Below, one piece after another: positions 20,434-28,863 of a stretch of DNA of 64,000 bases. Under the pieces are notes generated by a model, which did not search any database, was not told the DNA's origin, and saw only the letters and a list, made by a program, of their open reading frames with translations. The translations under genes and the position numbers were made by a program. The stretch's first letter is position 1; each line of letters begins with the position of its first letter. Source of the stretch: Akkermansia muciniphila (GTDB taxonomy: Bacteria; Verrucomicrobiota; Verrucomicrobiia; Limisphaerales; SIAT01); the NCBI GenBank assembly GCA_945900775.1, contig CAMDJP010000001.1, positions 81,822 through 145,821 on the forward strand. Direction: 5' to 3'.

Positions 20434-21849
20434 TTAGCCACGTTGCCATGTCCATAGCAAACGACGGCGTGTCGACGGGCGCAGTTTGGCGTGCTCGCCG
20501 ATGCGTAACCCTTCCACCCAGAAAATCTTGCGGTCGGCCGTCATCGCCACGACGACCTCGCGCCGTCTCGCAGCCGGAATTTTTTGGTTCACGAACAAAT
20601 CCTGCAATTTCATAGGCGCCTTTGTGCCGATTGGTTGAAAGCGGTCCCCGGGGCGCCAATGCCGCAGGACCACCTTCGGACCAATGCGATCGGCATCGAA
20701 GCACTCCTGACCTGCTTCGCTCGCCGGTCGCTTTGCTAAACCGCTCCCCGATTCAACCTTCCATTCAATACGTAGCTTGCCGAATTGAACACCGCCACGG
20801 ACAGCATCGCCGAATGCGAATGCTTGGCGGCTGCGAGAAAACCGTAACGGCACGGACGAGATTGCGTGAACACGGCCGGAGGAATCTCGCCGAACACTCT
20901 TTTGCGGTGAAACCGTCATCGGCACCTCCGGGTGCTCACGCAGCGATTCAACCAAAGCGAACGTCGGCTCAATCCCCTGCCCCAACAACTGAAGGCGCAC
21001 GACTTGGCGTTGCACCGCTAGGGCCAATTGTCCGAACGATTTTCCTCGGTAACGAAGTGCGCTTTCGATCGTCCAGTCCGACTCCGCACCGATAATCGAC
21101 ATGGCTCGCCGGACTGTTTCTGTAAAACTCGAGCGTCTTGTCGCAAGCAGTGGGAGAAGTTTGTGCCGAACCCAATTCCGCTCATGGTCGAGACAAGCGT
21201 TGCTCGCATCCTCCCGAAACCGGATTCGCTGGTGCTTAGCGTACTCCAGCAGGTCGTTTTTCGAAATGTCGAGCAGCGGACGAGCAGCCACGAGCATCGG
21301 CTCTCCGGGGAACGAGGCGAGCGGATCCATTCCAGAGAGCCCCTCTCCACCCGAGCCTCGCAGCAGGCGCAGAAAAAAGAGCTCCACCTGATCATCGGCG
21401 TGGTGCGCGAGTGCCACAACGCCGCAACCGAGCTTTTTGGCAGTGCGTCCCAAGAATTGAAGCCTCGCTTCTCGCGCGGCCATTTCCAGTCCCACACCCT
21501 TCGTTTCTCGCTCACGGGCGGCACGGTTCCATGAAGCGATGATGCAACGAAAACCGAGCGACTTGGCAGCTTCCCGAACAAGCGCTTCATCCGCATCACT
21601 CGCACGTCCGCGAAGCTTGTGGTTGAAGTGGGCCACGGCCAGTTTCCATCCGCGCTCGGACACGGCTTCTGCCATCAGATGCAACAAAACCATCGAGTCC
21701 ACTCCGCCAGAAACAGCGAGGAGGACGGCGCAAGGATTCCTGAAGAGATGATGCCTCTCGATGGCGAGCGTGAACTGCCTGCGAACGCCCCTAGTTTTTT
21801 CTGTTACCGCCGAAGCGCACGTAGGTGCTCGCAGATCGGTGCGGGACAC
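20434..21849 (-). CDS. tilS: tRNA(Ile)-lysidine synthase
   Basis: PP-loop LLAVSGGVDSMVLL. The tilS-ftsH adjacency is common in bacteria. Confidence 0.9.
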   Translation of the reverse strand: MSRTDLRAPTCASAVTEKTRGVRRQFTLAIERHHLFRNPCAVLLAVSGGVDSMVLLHLMAEAVSERGWKLAVAHFNHKLRGRASDADEALVREAAKSLGFRCIIASWNRAARERETKGVGLEMAAREARLQFLGRTAKKLGCGVVALAHHADDQVELFFLRLLRGSGGEGLSGMDPLASFPGEPMLVAARPLLDISKNDLLEYAKHQRIRFREDASNACLDHERNWVRHKLLPLLATRRSSFTETVRRAMSIIGAESDWTIESALRYRGKSFGQLALAVQRQVVRLQLLGQGIEPTFALVESLREHPEVPMTVSPQKSVRRDSSGRVHAISSVPLRFSRSRQAFAFGDAVRGGVQFGKLRIEWKVESGSGLAKRPASEAGQECFDADRIGPKVVLRHWRPGDRFQPIGTKAPMKLQDLFVNQKIPAARRREVVVAMTADRKIFWVEGLRIGEHAKLRPSTRRRLLWTWQRG

Positions 21850-21852
21850 GGA

Positions 21853-22449
21853 TCAGGCGATCCAGAGGATGAGGCCGCTGAGAATCACCGCCGCACCCGC
21901 GTAGCGGACGAAGGAGGTCTTCTCGTAGTGGCGCGCCACGATGACTGTGGCCATCGCCATCCAGTGCAGCAGGCCGGAGGTGGTGAGGAAACCGAGGATG
22001 TAAAGATGACGGACCGCCTGTTCGGGCAACTCCGATCCATGCGCATGACCGTGGAAAAGGCCGAAGAAACCGATGACGAGCACGCTGGCCGAGAGCGGAA
22101 GCTGTTTCGGTGAAATCATCATTCCACCAAAAACCAGAACGGATGAGAGAACGAGGGCTTCAATGGCCGGTTTGCCGAAGAATCCCATCCCTGCGAGCAT
22201 TCCGACGACGAGACAGGAGATGAAGGTCATCGGCAACAGCAAGAAAGCGCGGCCGCCCATATGCGCAGAGAGAAAACCGACAGCCAGCGCGGCCAGCAGA
22301 TGGTCTAAGCCGATCACGGGATGAGTCATCCCCGCCAGCAATCCCTTCGCCTCATTGTGGCACGGGTGGGCCTGTGCGGCGATTGGCAGAAATGCCAATA
22401 CCACCAAGAAACAGTTTTTCAAAAAAGTATTTGAAGTAAACCTCTTCAC
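21853..22449 (-). CDS. HupE/UreJ-family Ni/Co transporter-like membrane protein
   Basis: 198 aa. A signal peptide is followed by HPCH, then the THPVIGLDHLLAALAVG and FHGHAHG motifs characteristic of HupE/UreJ. Confidence 0.85.
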   Translation of the reverse strand: MKRFTSNTFLKNCFLVVLAFLPIAAQAHPCHNEAKGLLAGMTHPVIGLDHLLAALAVGFLSAHMGGRAFLLLPMTFISCLVVGMLAGMGFFGKPAIEALVLSSVLVFGGMMISPKQLPLSASVLVIGFFGLFHGHAHGSELPEQAVRHLYILGFLTTSGLLHWMAMATVIVARHYEKTSFVRYAGAAVILSGLILWIA

Positions 22450-22509
22450 CTTCGTGATTTTTCGTTTTTCAGACGTAATGTCAAGTCCACGGCGCGCACA
22501 GATGCAAGT

Positions 22510-23985
22510 TCACAACAGCATCTTTTTCAGCACTTCGCCATGCACATCGGTCAATCGAAAGTCGCGCCCTTGGAAGCGGAAGGTGAGCCGCTTGTGGTCG
22601 AGACCGAGCAGGTGGAGAATCGTCGCGTGTAGATCGTGGACGTGGGCGCGGTCGCGCACCACGCCGAAGCCGAGCTCGTCCGTCTCGCCGAGGACCTGGC
22701 CCGCCTTCACACCGCCGCCCGCGAACCACGTCGTGAAGGCGTCGATATGGTGGTTGCGCCCAGTCGCAGTCCGGTTCTCGCCCATCGGGGTGCGGCCGAA
22801 CTCGCCGCCCCAAATCACGAGCGTATCCTTCAGCAAACCGTGCGCCTTCAAATCCTTCACGAGCGCCGCACAACCTTGATCCACGTCTTTGCAAACCTTG
22901 GGCAGATCATTTTCCAGCGTCTCTCCGGGCCCACCGTGATTGTCCCAATTCGTGTGGTAAAGCTGGACGAAGCGTACGCCGCGCGCGACAAGCCGCCGCG
23001 CCAGCAGGCAGTTTGCGGCGAACGACGGCTTACCCGGCTCCACGCCATATAGGTCGAGCGTTGCCTTCGACTCCTTCGCGAGGTCGATTAATTCCGGCGC
23101 GCTGGCCTGCATCCGAAACGCCATCTCGTACGCGGCGACGCGCGTGGCGATTTCCGGGTCACCCGTCTCGACGAGTCGACCGAGATTCAGGTCACGAACT
23201 GCCGCGATGGTCTCGCGCTGTCGCTCGGCGGTGATGCCGCGCGGGTTGGTAAGGTTCAGGATTGGTTCGCCCTGCCCACGGAACGGCACGCCTTGAAAGG
23301 TCGTTGGCAGGAAACCGCTGCCCCAGTTCACCGCCCCGCCACGCGGACCGCGCGGACCGGATTGCAGCACCACGAACCCCGGCAGATTCTGAGATTCGCT
23401 ACCGAGTCCGTACGTCGCCCACGAGCCCATGCTCGGACGGCCGAACTGCCCCGAGCCGGTGTTCAGAAAAAGCTTCGCCGGCGCGTGGTTGAAAAGCTCC
23501 GTCGCGCACGACTTCACCACCGTCATCTCATCCACAATCGTCGCGGTGTACGGGAATAGATCCGAGACCCATGTCCCGCCCTGCCCGTGCTGCGCGAACT
23601 GCCGCCGGGTACCGAGCAGCTTGCTGCCGTGGCTGCTGCCCATGAAAGCGAATCGCTTTCCCTCCACGAACGATTGCGGAATCGGTTGGCCGTTCAGTTC
23701 GATGAGTTTTGGCTTGTAGTCGAAAAGCTCGAGTTGCGATGGCCCGCCGGCCATGAACAGGAAGATGACGTTCTTCGCCTTCGCCGGAAAATGCGACGCA
23801 CGGGGGGCGAAGGGGTTCGTGGTTGCTGGGCTCGGCACCCCAAGCAACCGGTCATCCAACAAGGAAGCGAGAGCCACCGAGCCGAGGCCCATTGTGCACT
23901 GGTTGAAGAAATGCCTGCGCGTGCGCTGTCGCAGCCAGTTGGGTTGAAATTCGGCGTTCATCTCATTCGCGGGTGATGGTCTCAT
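22510..23985 (-). CDS. DUF1501-family protein (sulfatase/alkaline-phosphatase-like fold, Tat signal)
   Basis: 491 aa with RRHFFNQCTMGLGSVALASLL and WGGEFGRTP blocks. The track start at 23985 overlaps the upstream gene by 23 nt. An alternative ATG at 23961 lies 1 nt after that gene's stop codon. Confidence 0.85.
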   Translation of the reverse strand: MRPSPANEMNAEFQPNWLRQRTRRHFFNQCTMGLGSVALASLLDDRLLGVPSPATTNPFAPRASHFPAKAKNVIFLFMAGGPSQLELFDYKPKLIELNGQPIPQSFVEGKRFAFMGSSHGSKLLGTRRQFAQHGQGGTWVSDLFPYTATIVDEMTVVKSCATELFNHAPAKLFLNTGSGQFGRPSMGSWATYGLGSESQNLPGFVVLQSGPRGPRGGAVNWGSGFLPTTFQGVPFRGQGEPILNLTNPRGITAERQRETIAAVRDLNLGRLVETGDPEIATRVAAYEMAFRMQASAPELIDLAKESKATLDLYGVEPGKPSFAANCLLARRLVARGVRFVQLYHTNWDNHGGPGETLENDLPKVCKDVDQGCAALVKDLKAHGLLKDTLVIWGGEFGRTPMGENRTATGRNHHIDAFTTWFAGGGVKAGQVLGETDELGFGVVRDRAHVHDLHATILHLLGLDHKRLTFRFQGRDFRLTDVHGEVLKKMLL

Positions 23986-26419
23986 CCAAATTCAGGAGCA
24001 CGCGCGCCGCGATCGTCCAAGCCGCCTGCTCCACATTCTGATTCCCCTGCCCCGCCAGCGCCTTAGCCTCCTCTGGCGCAGCGGCGAAATGCTTGCGCTG
24101 GCTTGCGACCAAATCCATCAGACGCCTCGTTTCGTTGTCGGTTGGTTTGCGAGAGAGGCAAAGCCGGAAGGCTTGCTCAATTCGCTTAGCGTCATCGCTC
24201 GGCGTCTCTTTAAGAACACGCGCAGCAAGAGCCTGAGCAAATTCCACGAAGGCGTGGTCGTTCAGCAGCGTGAGCGCCTGCAGCGGCGTATTTGAACGGA
24301 TGCGGCGCGTGCAAGCACTGAAGGCGTCGGGTGCGTCGAACACGCTCAACGCCGGATGCGGCGTGGCGCGATAGAAGAATGTGTACATGCCGCGCCGGTA
24401 GCGGTCGCCACCCGCGCTCACCGTCCACGCGCGCTTCACCTGCCCGAGCGACATCACGCCGTCTGGCTGCGGCGGGTTCACACTCGGGCCACCGATGGCG
24501 GGATTGAGCAGGCCGCTGGCCGCCAGCATCGTATCGCGTACCAACTCGGCATCCAGCCGCAGCCTCGACTGCCGTGCGAGGAACTTGTTATTCGCGTCCA
24601 ATCCGGCCAAGTCGGGGCGAACTCGCGACTCCTGTCGATACGTCGCCGAATTGGCGATTAGCCGGTGCAGCGATTTGAGGCTCCAGTTCTTCGCCATCAA
24701 TTCTGTCGCCAGCCAGTCGAGCAGTTCCGGATGGCTCGGTGGCAGGCCCTGCGTGCCGAAATCGTTCTCCGTTTCAACCAGCCCTTTTCCGAAATATTGC
24801 TGCCAGATGCGGTTGACGATGACCCGCGCCGCAATCGGATTTTCTCGGCTTACAATCCACCGTGCGAGGTCGAGCCGCGTCGGCGCATTGGTGCCGCGCG
24901 CCATCGGCTGAAGCGCCTCGAGCGTGTCTGGAGTCACCAAATCACCGCGCCGCGTAAAGTCGCCCTTGATGAACAGCACCGTTTCCCGTGGCTTGGCGCG
25001 CTCCTGCATCACCATCGTGGTCGTGATCTTCGGCTTGGTCGCGCGAAGCTTGGCGATAGTTGTCTGGTGTTTCTTGTTCTCCGGCGCCTGGTCAACAAAA
25101 GCCGCAAGCAAAGCCAGTCGTTGCGGCTCCTTCCGCTGTTCTAGCGGCGTGTCGAACACTTGCCGCACCGCCTCGGATTGCGCCTGGCGCTCTGCCGGTG
25201 TCAGGCTTTGCTCCCACGCATACGCCTTCGCTTCGATTGCCGCATCCTTCGTTGAAAGCGCAGCGATGTACGCGACGACCTTCGCATCGGTGTCCTTCGC
25301 GCGGGCTACCTCCTCCGGTGTCGCAACCGACAACTCCGGCTCCTCGGCGTTATTGAAAAAAGCGAAGAACTCGTAGTACTCGCGCTGGGTGATCGGGTCG
25401 AACTTGTGGTCGTGGCACTGCGCGCAGCCCACGGTGAGACCGAGGAAAGCGGTGCTAGTCGTCGCCACGCGGTCAAAGATGGATTCGATGCGGAACTGCT
25501 CCTTGTCGATGCCGCCTTCCTGATTGATCTGCGTGTTGCGGTGGAAACCGGTAGCAATCCGCTGCTCGAGTGTCGCGCCCGGCAGCAGGTCCCCCGCGAG
25601 TTGTTCGATGACGAACTGGTCGTAAGGCAGGTCGCGATTGAAGGCACTAATCACCCAATCGCGGTACTTCCAGATCGAGCGCGGCGCATCGATGCTGTAG
25701 CCATTCGAGTCGGCGTAACGCGCCACGTCGAGCCAGACGCGCCCCCAGCGCTCGCCGTAGTGCGGGGAAGCCAGCAATCGCTCGACAAGCTTTTCATATG
25801 CATTGAGTGAACGATCGCTAACAAAAGAATCCACCTCAGCCGGCGACGGTGGCAATCCAACGAGATCGAGAGAAAGCCGGCGAATGAGCGTCACTCGATC
25901 AGCCTCCGGCGATGGGATGATTTTTTCTTTCTCCAAACGGACAAGGACAAAACGGTCAATCGCATTACGCGACCACGCGCTCAACTTAACCTCCGGCTCC
26001 GGTGCGCGCTGCGGTGGGACAAACGCCCAGTGTTTCGTCGATTCAGCCTTCTCATCCGCCGGTGCCTTCGCCCCTTGATCAATCCACGCCTTGAGCAACG
26101 CGATCTGCACAGTCGTGAGCGGCGGCTTCTTGTATGGCATCCGCTCGATGTCGGCGTGACTGCCTTCGATGACTTGCATCAACAGGCTTTCGGACGATTT
26201 GGCAGGAATGAAACTGGCGCCGTTCTTGCCTCCCTTTCGCATGAGGGCCGCGGTATCCATCCGCAGGTCGCCCTTCTGCTGCGAGGCGCTGTGGCATTTG
26301 TAGCAATGCTCGGTCAGCAACGGCTTCACCTCGCGAAGATAATCCACCGGCACCGCGACAGCACCACTCGCCATCACCGCGATTCCGGCAACCCAAACTT
26401 TGCACCAGTTAATCATCAA
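23963..26419 (-). CDS. PSD1-type protein: planctomycete cytochrome-c-like domain + DUF1549 + DUF1553
   Basis: 818 aa with a signal peptide and CYKCHS. The DUF1549 block is LIRRLSLDLVGLPPSPAEVDSFV...LLASPHYGERWGRVWLDVARYADSNGY. The DUF1553 block contains GLTVGCAQCHDHKFDP. Confidence 0.85.
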   Translation of the reverse strand: MMINWCKVWVAGIAVMASGAVAVPVDYLREVKPLLTEHCYKCHSASQQKGDLRMDTAALMRKGGKNGASFIPAKSSESLLMQVIEGSHADIERMPYKKPPLTTVQIALLKAWIDQGAKAPADEKAESTKHWAFVPPQRAPEPEVKLSAWSRNAIDRFVLVRLEKEKIIPSPEADRVTLIRRLSLDLVGLPPSPAEVDSFVSDRSLNAYEKLVERLLASPHYGERWGRVWLDVARYADSNGYSIDAPRSIWKYRDWVISAFNRDLPYDQFVIEQLAGDLLPGATLEQRIATGFHRNTQINQEGGIDKEQFRIESIFDRVATTSTAFLGLTVGCAQCHDHKFDPITQREYYEFFAFFNNAEEPELSVATPEEVARAKDTDAKVVAYIAALSTKDAAIEAKAYAWEQSLTPAERQAQSEAVRQVFDTPLEQRKEPQRLALLAAFVDQAPENKKHQTTIAKLRATKPKITTTMVMQERAKPRETVLFIKGDFTRRGDLVTPDTLEALQPMARGTNAPTRLDLARWIVSRENPIAARVIVNRIWQQYFGKGLVETENDFGTQGLPPSHPELLDWLATELMAKNWSLKSLHRLIANSATYRQESRVRPDLAGLDANNKFLARQSRLRLDAELVRDTMLAASGLLNPAIGGPSVNPPQPDGVMSLGQVKRAWTVSAGGDRYRRGMYTFFYRATPHPALSVFDAPDAFSACTRRIRSNTPLQALTLLNDHAFVEFAQALAARVLKETPSDDAKRIEQAFRLCLSRKPTDNETRRLMDLVASQRKHFAAAPEEAKALAGQGNQNVEQAAWTIAARVLLNLDETITRE

Positions 26420-26491
26420 CTGTGGCCTTACTTATTACCTGACCGGCCTGCATCAGGCAATCTCAGTCCTTCGACGAAGAGATCGATTCCG

Positions 26492-28861
26492 CTATTCGGC
26501 GGCGGCGGCTTTTGGAATCCGGTTCAGCGTGTACCAGAACGTGTCGTTCCAGAGGCGCTGTCCGTTTGCGCCGCGCACGTCAGGCGCGCGCACTGCCGTG
26601 ACATAACCCGCCTTCCATCCCTCGACCGTCAATCGCACTTTCAGAAGATCCGGCGCAACCTTGACCTTGGCGACCTTGATTGCTGTGGCGCTATTCGTTT
26701 TACCATCGTGGTCGAACTCCGGCGAACCGTAGCTGGAATGAAATTTGTAGGCGTACTGCGATACGTCGTATCCTTCCGCGTCTCCCGCCGTCACCGAATC
26801 CACGGGTTGCGTGAAAATTAAATCAAAACCATCCGAACGTGCGCGAACTTCCTTCACAGAGAAAGGGGTCTTACCGGTGAAAATCATACGCTCCAGCGCC
26901 GCCTCGTGAGGCGCGACTGCCACCCATGTGCGCTGGCAACCACCGACGTAAAGATTGCCATCGCCACCAAACGCCAATCGATTTACGCCGGACTGAAATC
27001 CCTTCAGAAAAGGCCAGACCGCGCCCTGCCATTCGCCCTCCACTTTTTCTAACATCACACGCGTGACGATCGCATTCTGGAAATCACCCACGAGCAACTG
27101 CCCGCGGAACGGGCCGAACCGATCATCTTTGATTTCCGCCATCCCCGTCGATGATTTGGCGAGCTTGTACGGAAACCAAACCGCCGGCGGATCGAATGAG
27201 TCGCGTCCTTTGTAGTCCTCCTTCTTCGCGGGGATGGATGAAGGATGGCCGAAAAACTTGCCTGGCTGCAGATGGTTCAGCTTGCACGCGCCGATCCAGT
27301 TGCCTTGGTTGTCTGTCACGAAAATATCCTTTTCCGAGCCGAACACCCCAACGCCATTCGGTTCGCGTAGGCCGCTAGCGAAAGGTTCGCAACGCGCGCC
27401 ATCCGGGCTGATGCGCAATGCCCACCCCATGTGACGCGCATCCCAGCGACCCGCATGACCCGCGTTCGCAACAACGAAGTTACCCTGTTTATCCACGACA
27501 GGTCCGTAAACGAAGGCGTTGTAGCTACCGTTGTAATCCCAGTCGGCATTCACGCGCTCGTAGATGTCAGCTTCACCGTTTTCATCCGTGTCGGTCAGGC
27601 GCGTCAGTTCCGTTTTTTGAGCCACATAAATGTTTCCATCGCGCACGAGTAAGCCAAGCGGCTCGCACAAACCGCGTGCGAACCGGCGATACTTCGCCTG
27701 TGCGGTCGCGCCTTGTGCCGCTTCGACGATGTAGACATCTCCCAACCATGTGCACACGGCCAAGTCGCCATTTGGCATCCAATCCATGCCGCACACAAGC
27801 AACTCAATCTCCTTCGGCAATGGAAACGCTTCGGCGCGATAGAACTCGTTCCGCGCCACACTCGCGCGCGGAACTTTATCGCCGGCGATAATACGGGGTG
27901 GTGGACTTCTTGGGTCGCGTTCAGCATTGAAAAGAAATTCCATTCGCGGCTCTGACAATGGGCGCACCGTGGGAAGCTGCGCTGCTTTTTTCGCTCCGTC
28001 CAAATCTGACGGAGCCATGGTGATCTCGACGGCCAGCGGCTTTGTGTGCGGCGGAATCTCCAACCACGCCCGCGCTTGCTTGCCTTTAATCTTGTGGCGC
28101 GGGTTGCCTTTGATGGTTCCGTCTTCAGTGAAGATTTCCGATTCGTACTGCACGTCCGCGGAAGAGAGATGCCATTTTAGGGACGCGCTGCTTCCTGCTG
28201 TGATGATCAACACATCTGTGGACCGAACGATGGCGACCGATGATTTGTTCGTGAGCAGTTCCGCGCGACAATCCATTTCGGCATGAGCCAGAAAAAACAC
28301 CGGCCGGTTGCGCGGCGCGATTTCGAATCGTCGAACCAGCGCTTCCTCGCCGACCAAAGCTCCGGCACGGAGTGATTCGTGAACGCGCACAGCGCCTCTG
28401 TCTGCTGCGCCCACTTCGTAAATTAATGTCACCACGCCACCCTTCGTGCTGATGCCTTTGAAACCTGCGGCGGCATTGCGCGGCAAGGGATTGAATGGGA
28501 TTTTATCCATGGCCCACGGACAAGCCGGCGGCATTCCCCAAAGCACCACTCCTTCGGGTTGGCAAATGAATGGCGTTTTCGTCCGGCTGTATTGCGGGCC
28601 AACCAACGCTAAACCGCGACCTCGCCAGACTGTATGTGCGCGCAGTAACTCCGTATCGAACGCTAGATGCAGATTAGTGGAAACCGGTACGACGATACTG
28701 CGGGAAGCTGGCGGCATCGGTGCCACGCGGAACGGCTGATCGATTGGATCGAAACGCGGCGTAACTCGCGCTTTCTCGGCAGCCGATAACACACCACCCG
28801 CGGCGAGCAGCGCAATAGCTGCGGAGAGAACAACCCCCAGATGCAGTGACGCGGGCAACAT
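26492..28861 (-). CDS. Secreted beta-propeller protein (soluble glucose/sorbosone-dehydrogenase-like 'membrane-bound dehydrogenase' domain), paralog of 45950-48403
   Basis: Signal peptide MLPASLHLGVVLSAAIALLAAGG from the ATG at 28861, 2 nt after the upstream stop codon. The central region DTDENGEADIYERV...GLREPNGVGVFGSEKDIFVTDNQGNWIGACKLNHLQPGKFFGHP aligns by eye with the 45950-48403 protein. Confidence 0.7.
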   Translation of the reverse strand: MLPASLHLGVVLSAAIALLAAGGVLSAAEKARVTPRFDPIDQPFRVAPMPPASRSIVVPVSTNLHLAFDTELLRAHTVWRGRGLALVGPQYSRTKTPFICQPEGVVLWGMPPACPWAMDKIPFNPLPRNAAAGFKGISTKGGVVTLIYEVGAADRGAVRVHESLRAGALVGEEALVRRFEIAPRNRPVFFLAHAEMDCRAELLTNKSSVAIVRSTDVLIITAGSSASLKWHLSSADVQYESEIFTEDGTIKGNPRHKIKGKQARAWLEIPPHTKPLAVEITMAPSDLDGAKKAAQLPTVRPLSEPRMEFLFNAERDPRSPPPRIIAGDKVPRASVARNEFYRAEAFPLPKEIELLVCGMDWMPNGDLAVCTWLGDVYIVEAAQGATAQAKYRRFARGLCEPLGLLVRDGNIYVAQKTELTRLTDTDENGEADIYERVNADWDYNGSYNAFVYGPVVDKQGNFVVANAGHAGRWDARHMGWALRISPDGARCEPFASGLREPNGVGVFGSEKDIFVTDNQGNWIGACKLNHLQPGKFFGHPSSIPAKKEDYKGRDSFDPPAVWFPYKLAKSSTGMAEIKDDRFGPFRGQLLVGDFQNAIVTRVMLEKVEGEWQGAVWPFLKGFQSGVNRLAFGGDGNLYVGGCQRTWVAVAPHEAALERMIFTGKTPFSVKEVRARSDGFDLIFTQPVDSVTAGDAEGYDVSQYAYKFHSSYGSPEFDHDGKTNSATAIKVAKVKVAPDLLKVRLTVEGWKAGYVTAVRAPDVRGANGQRLWNDTFWYTLNRIPKAAAAE

Positions 28862-28863
28862 CG

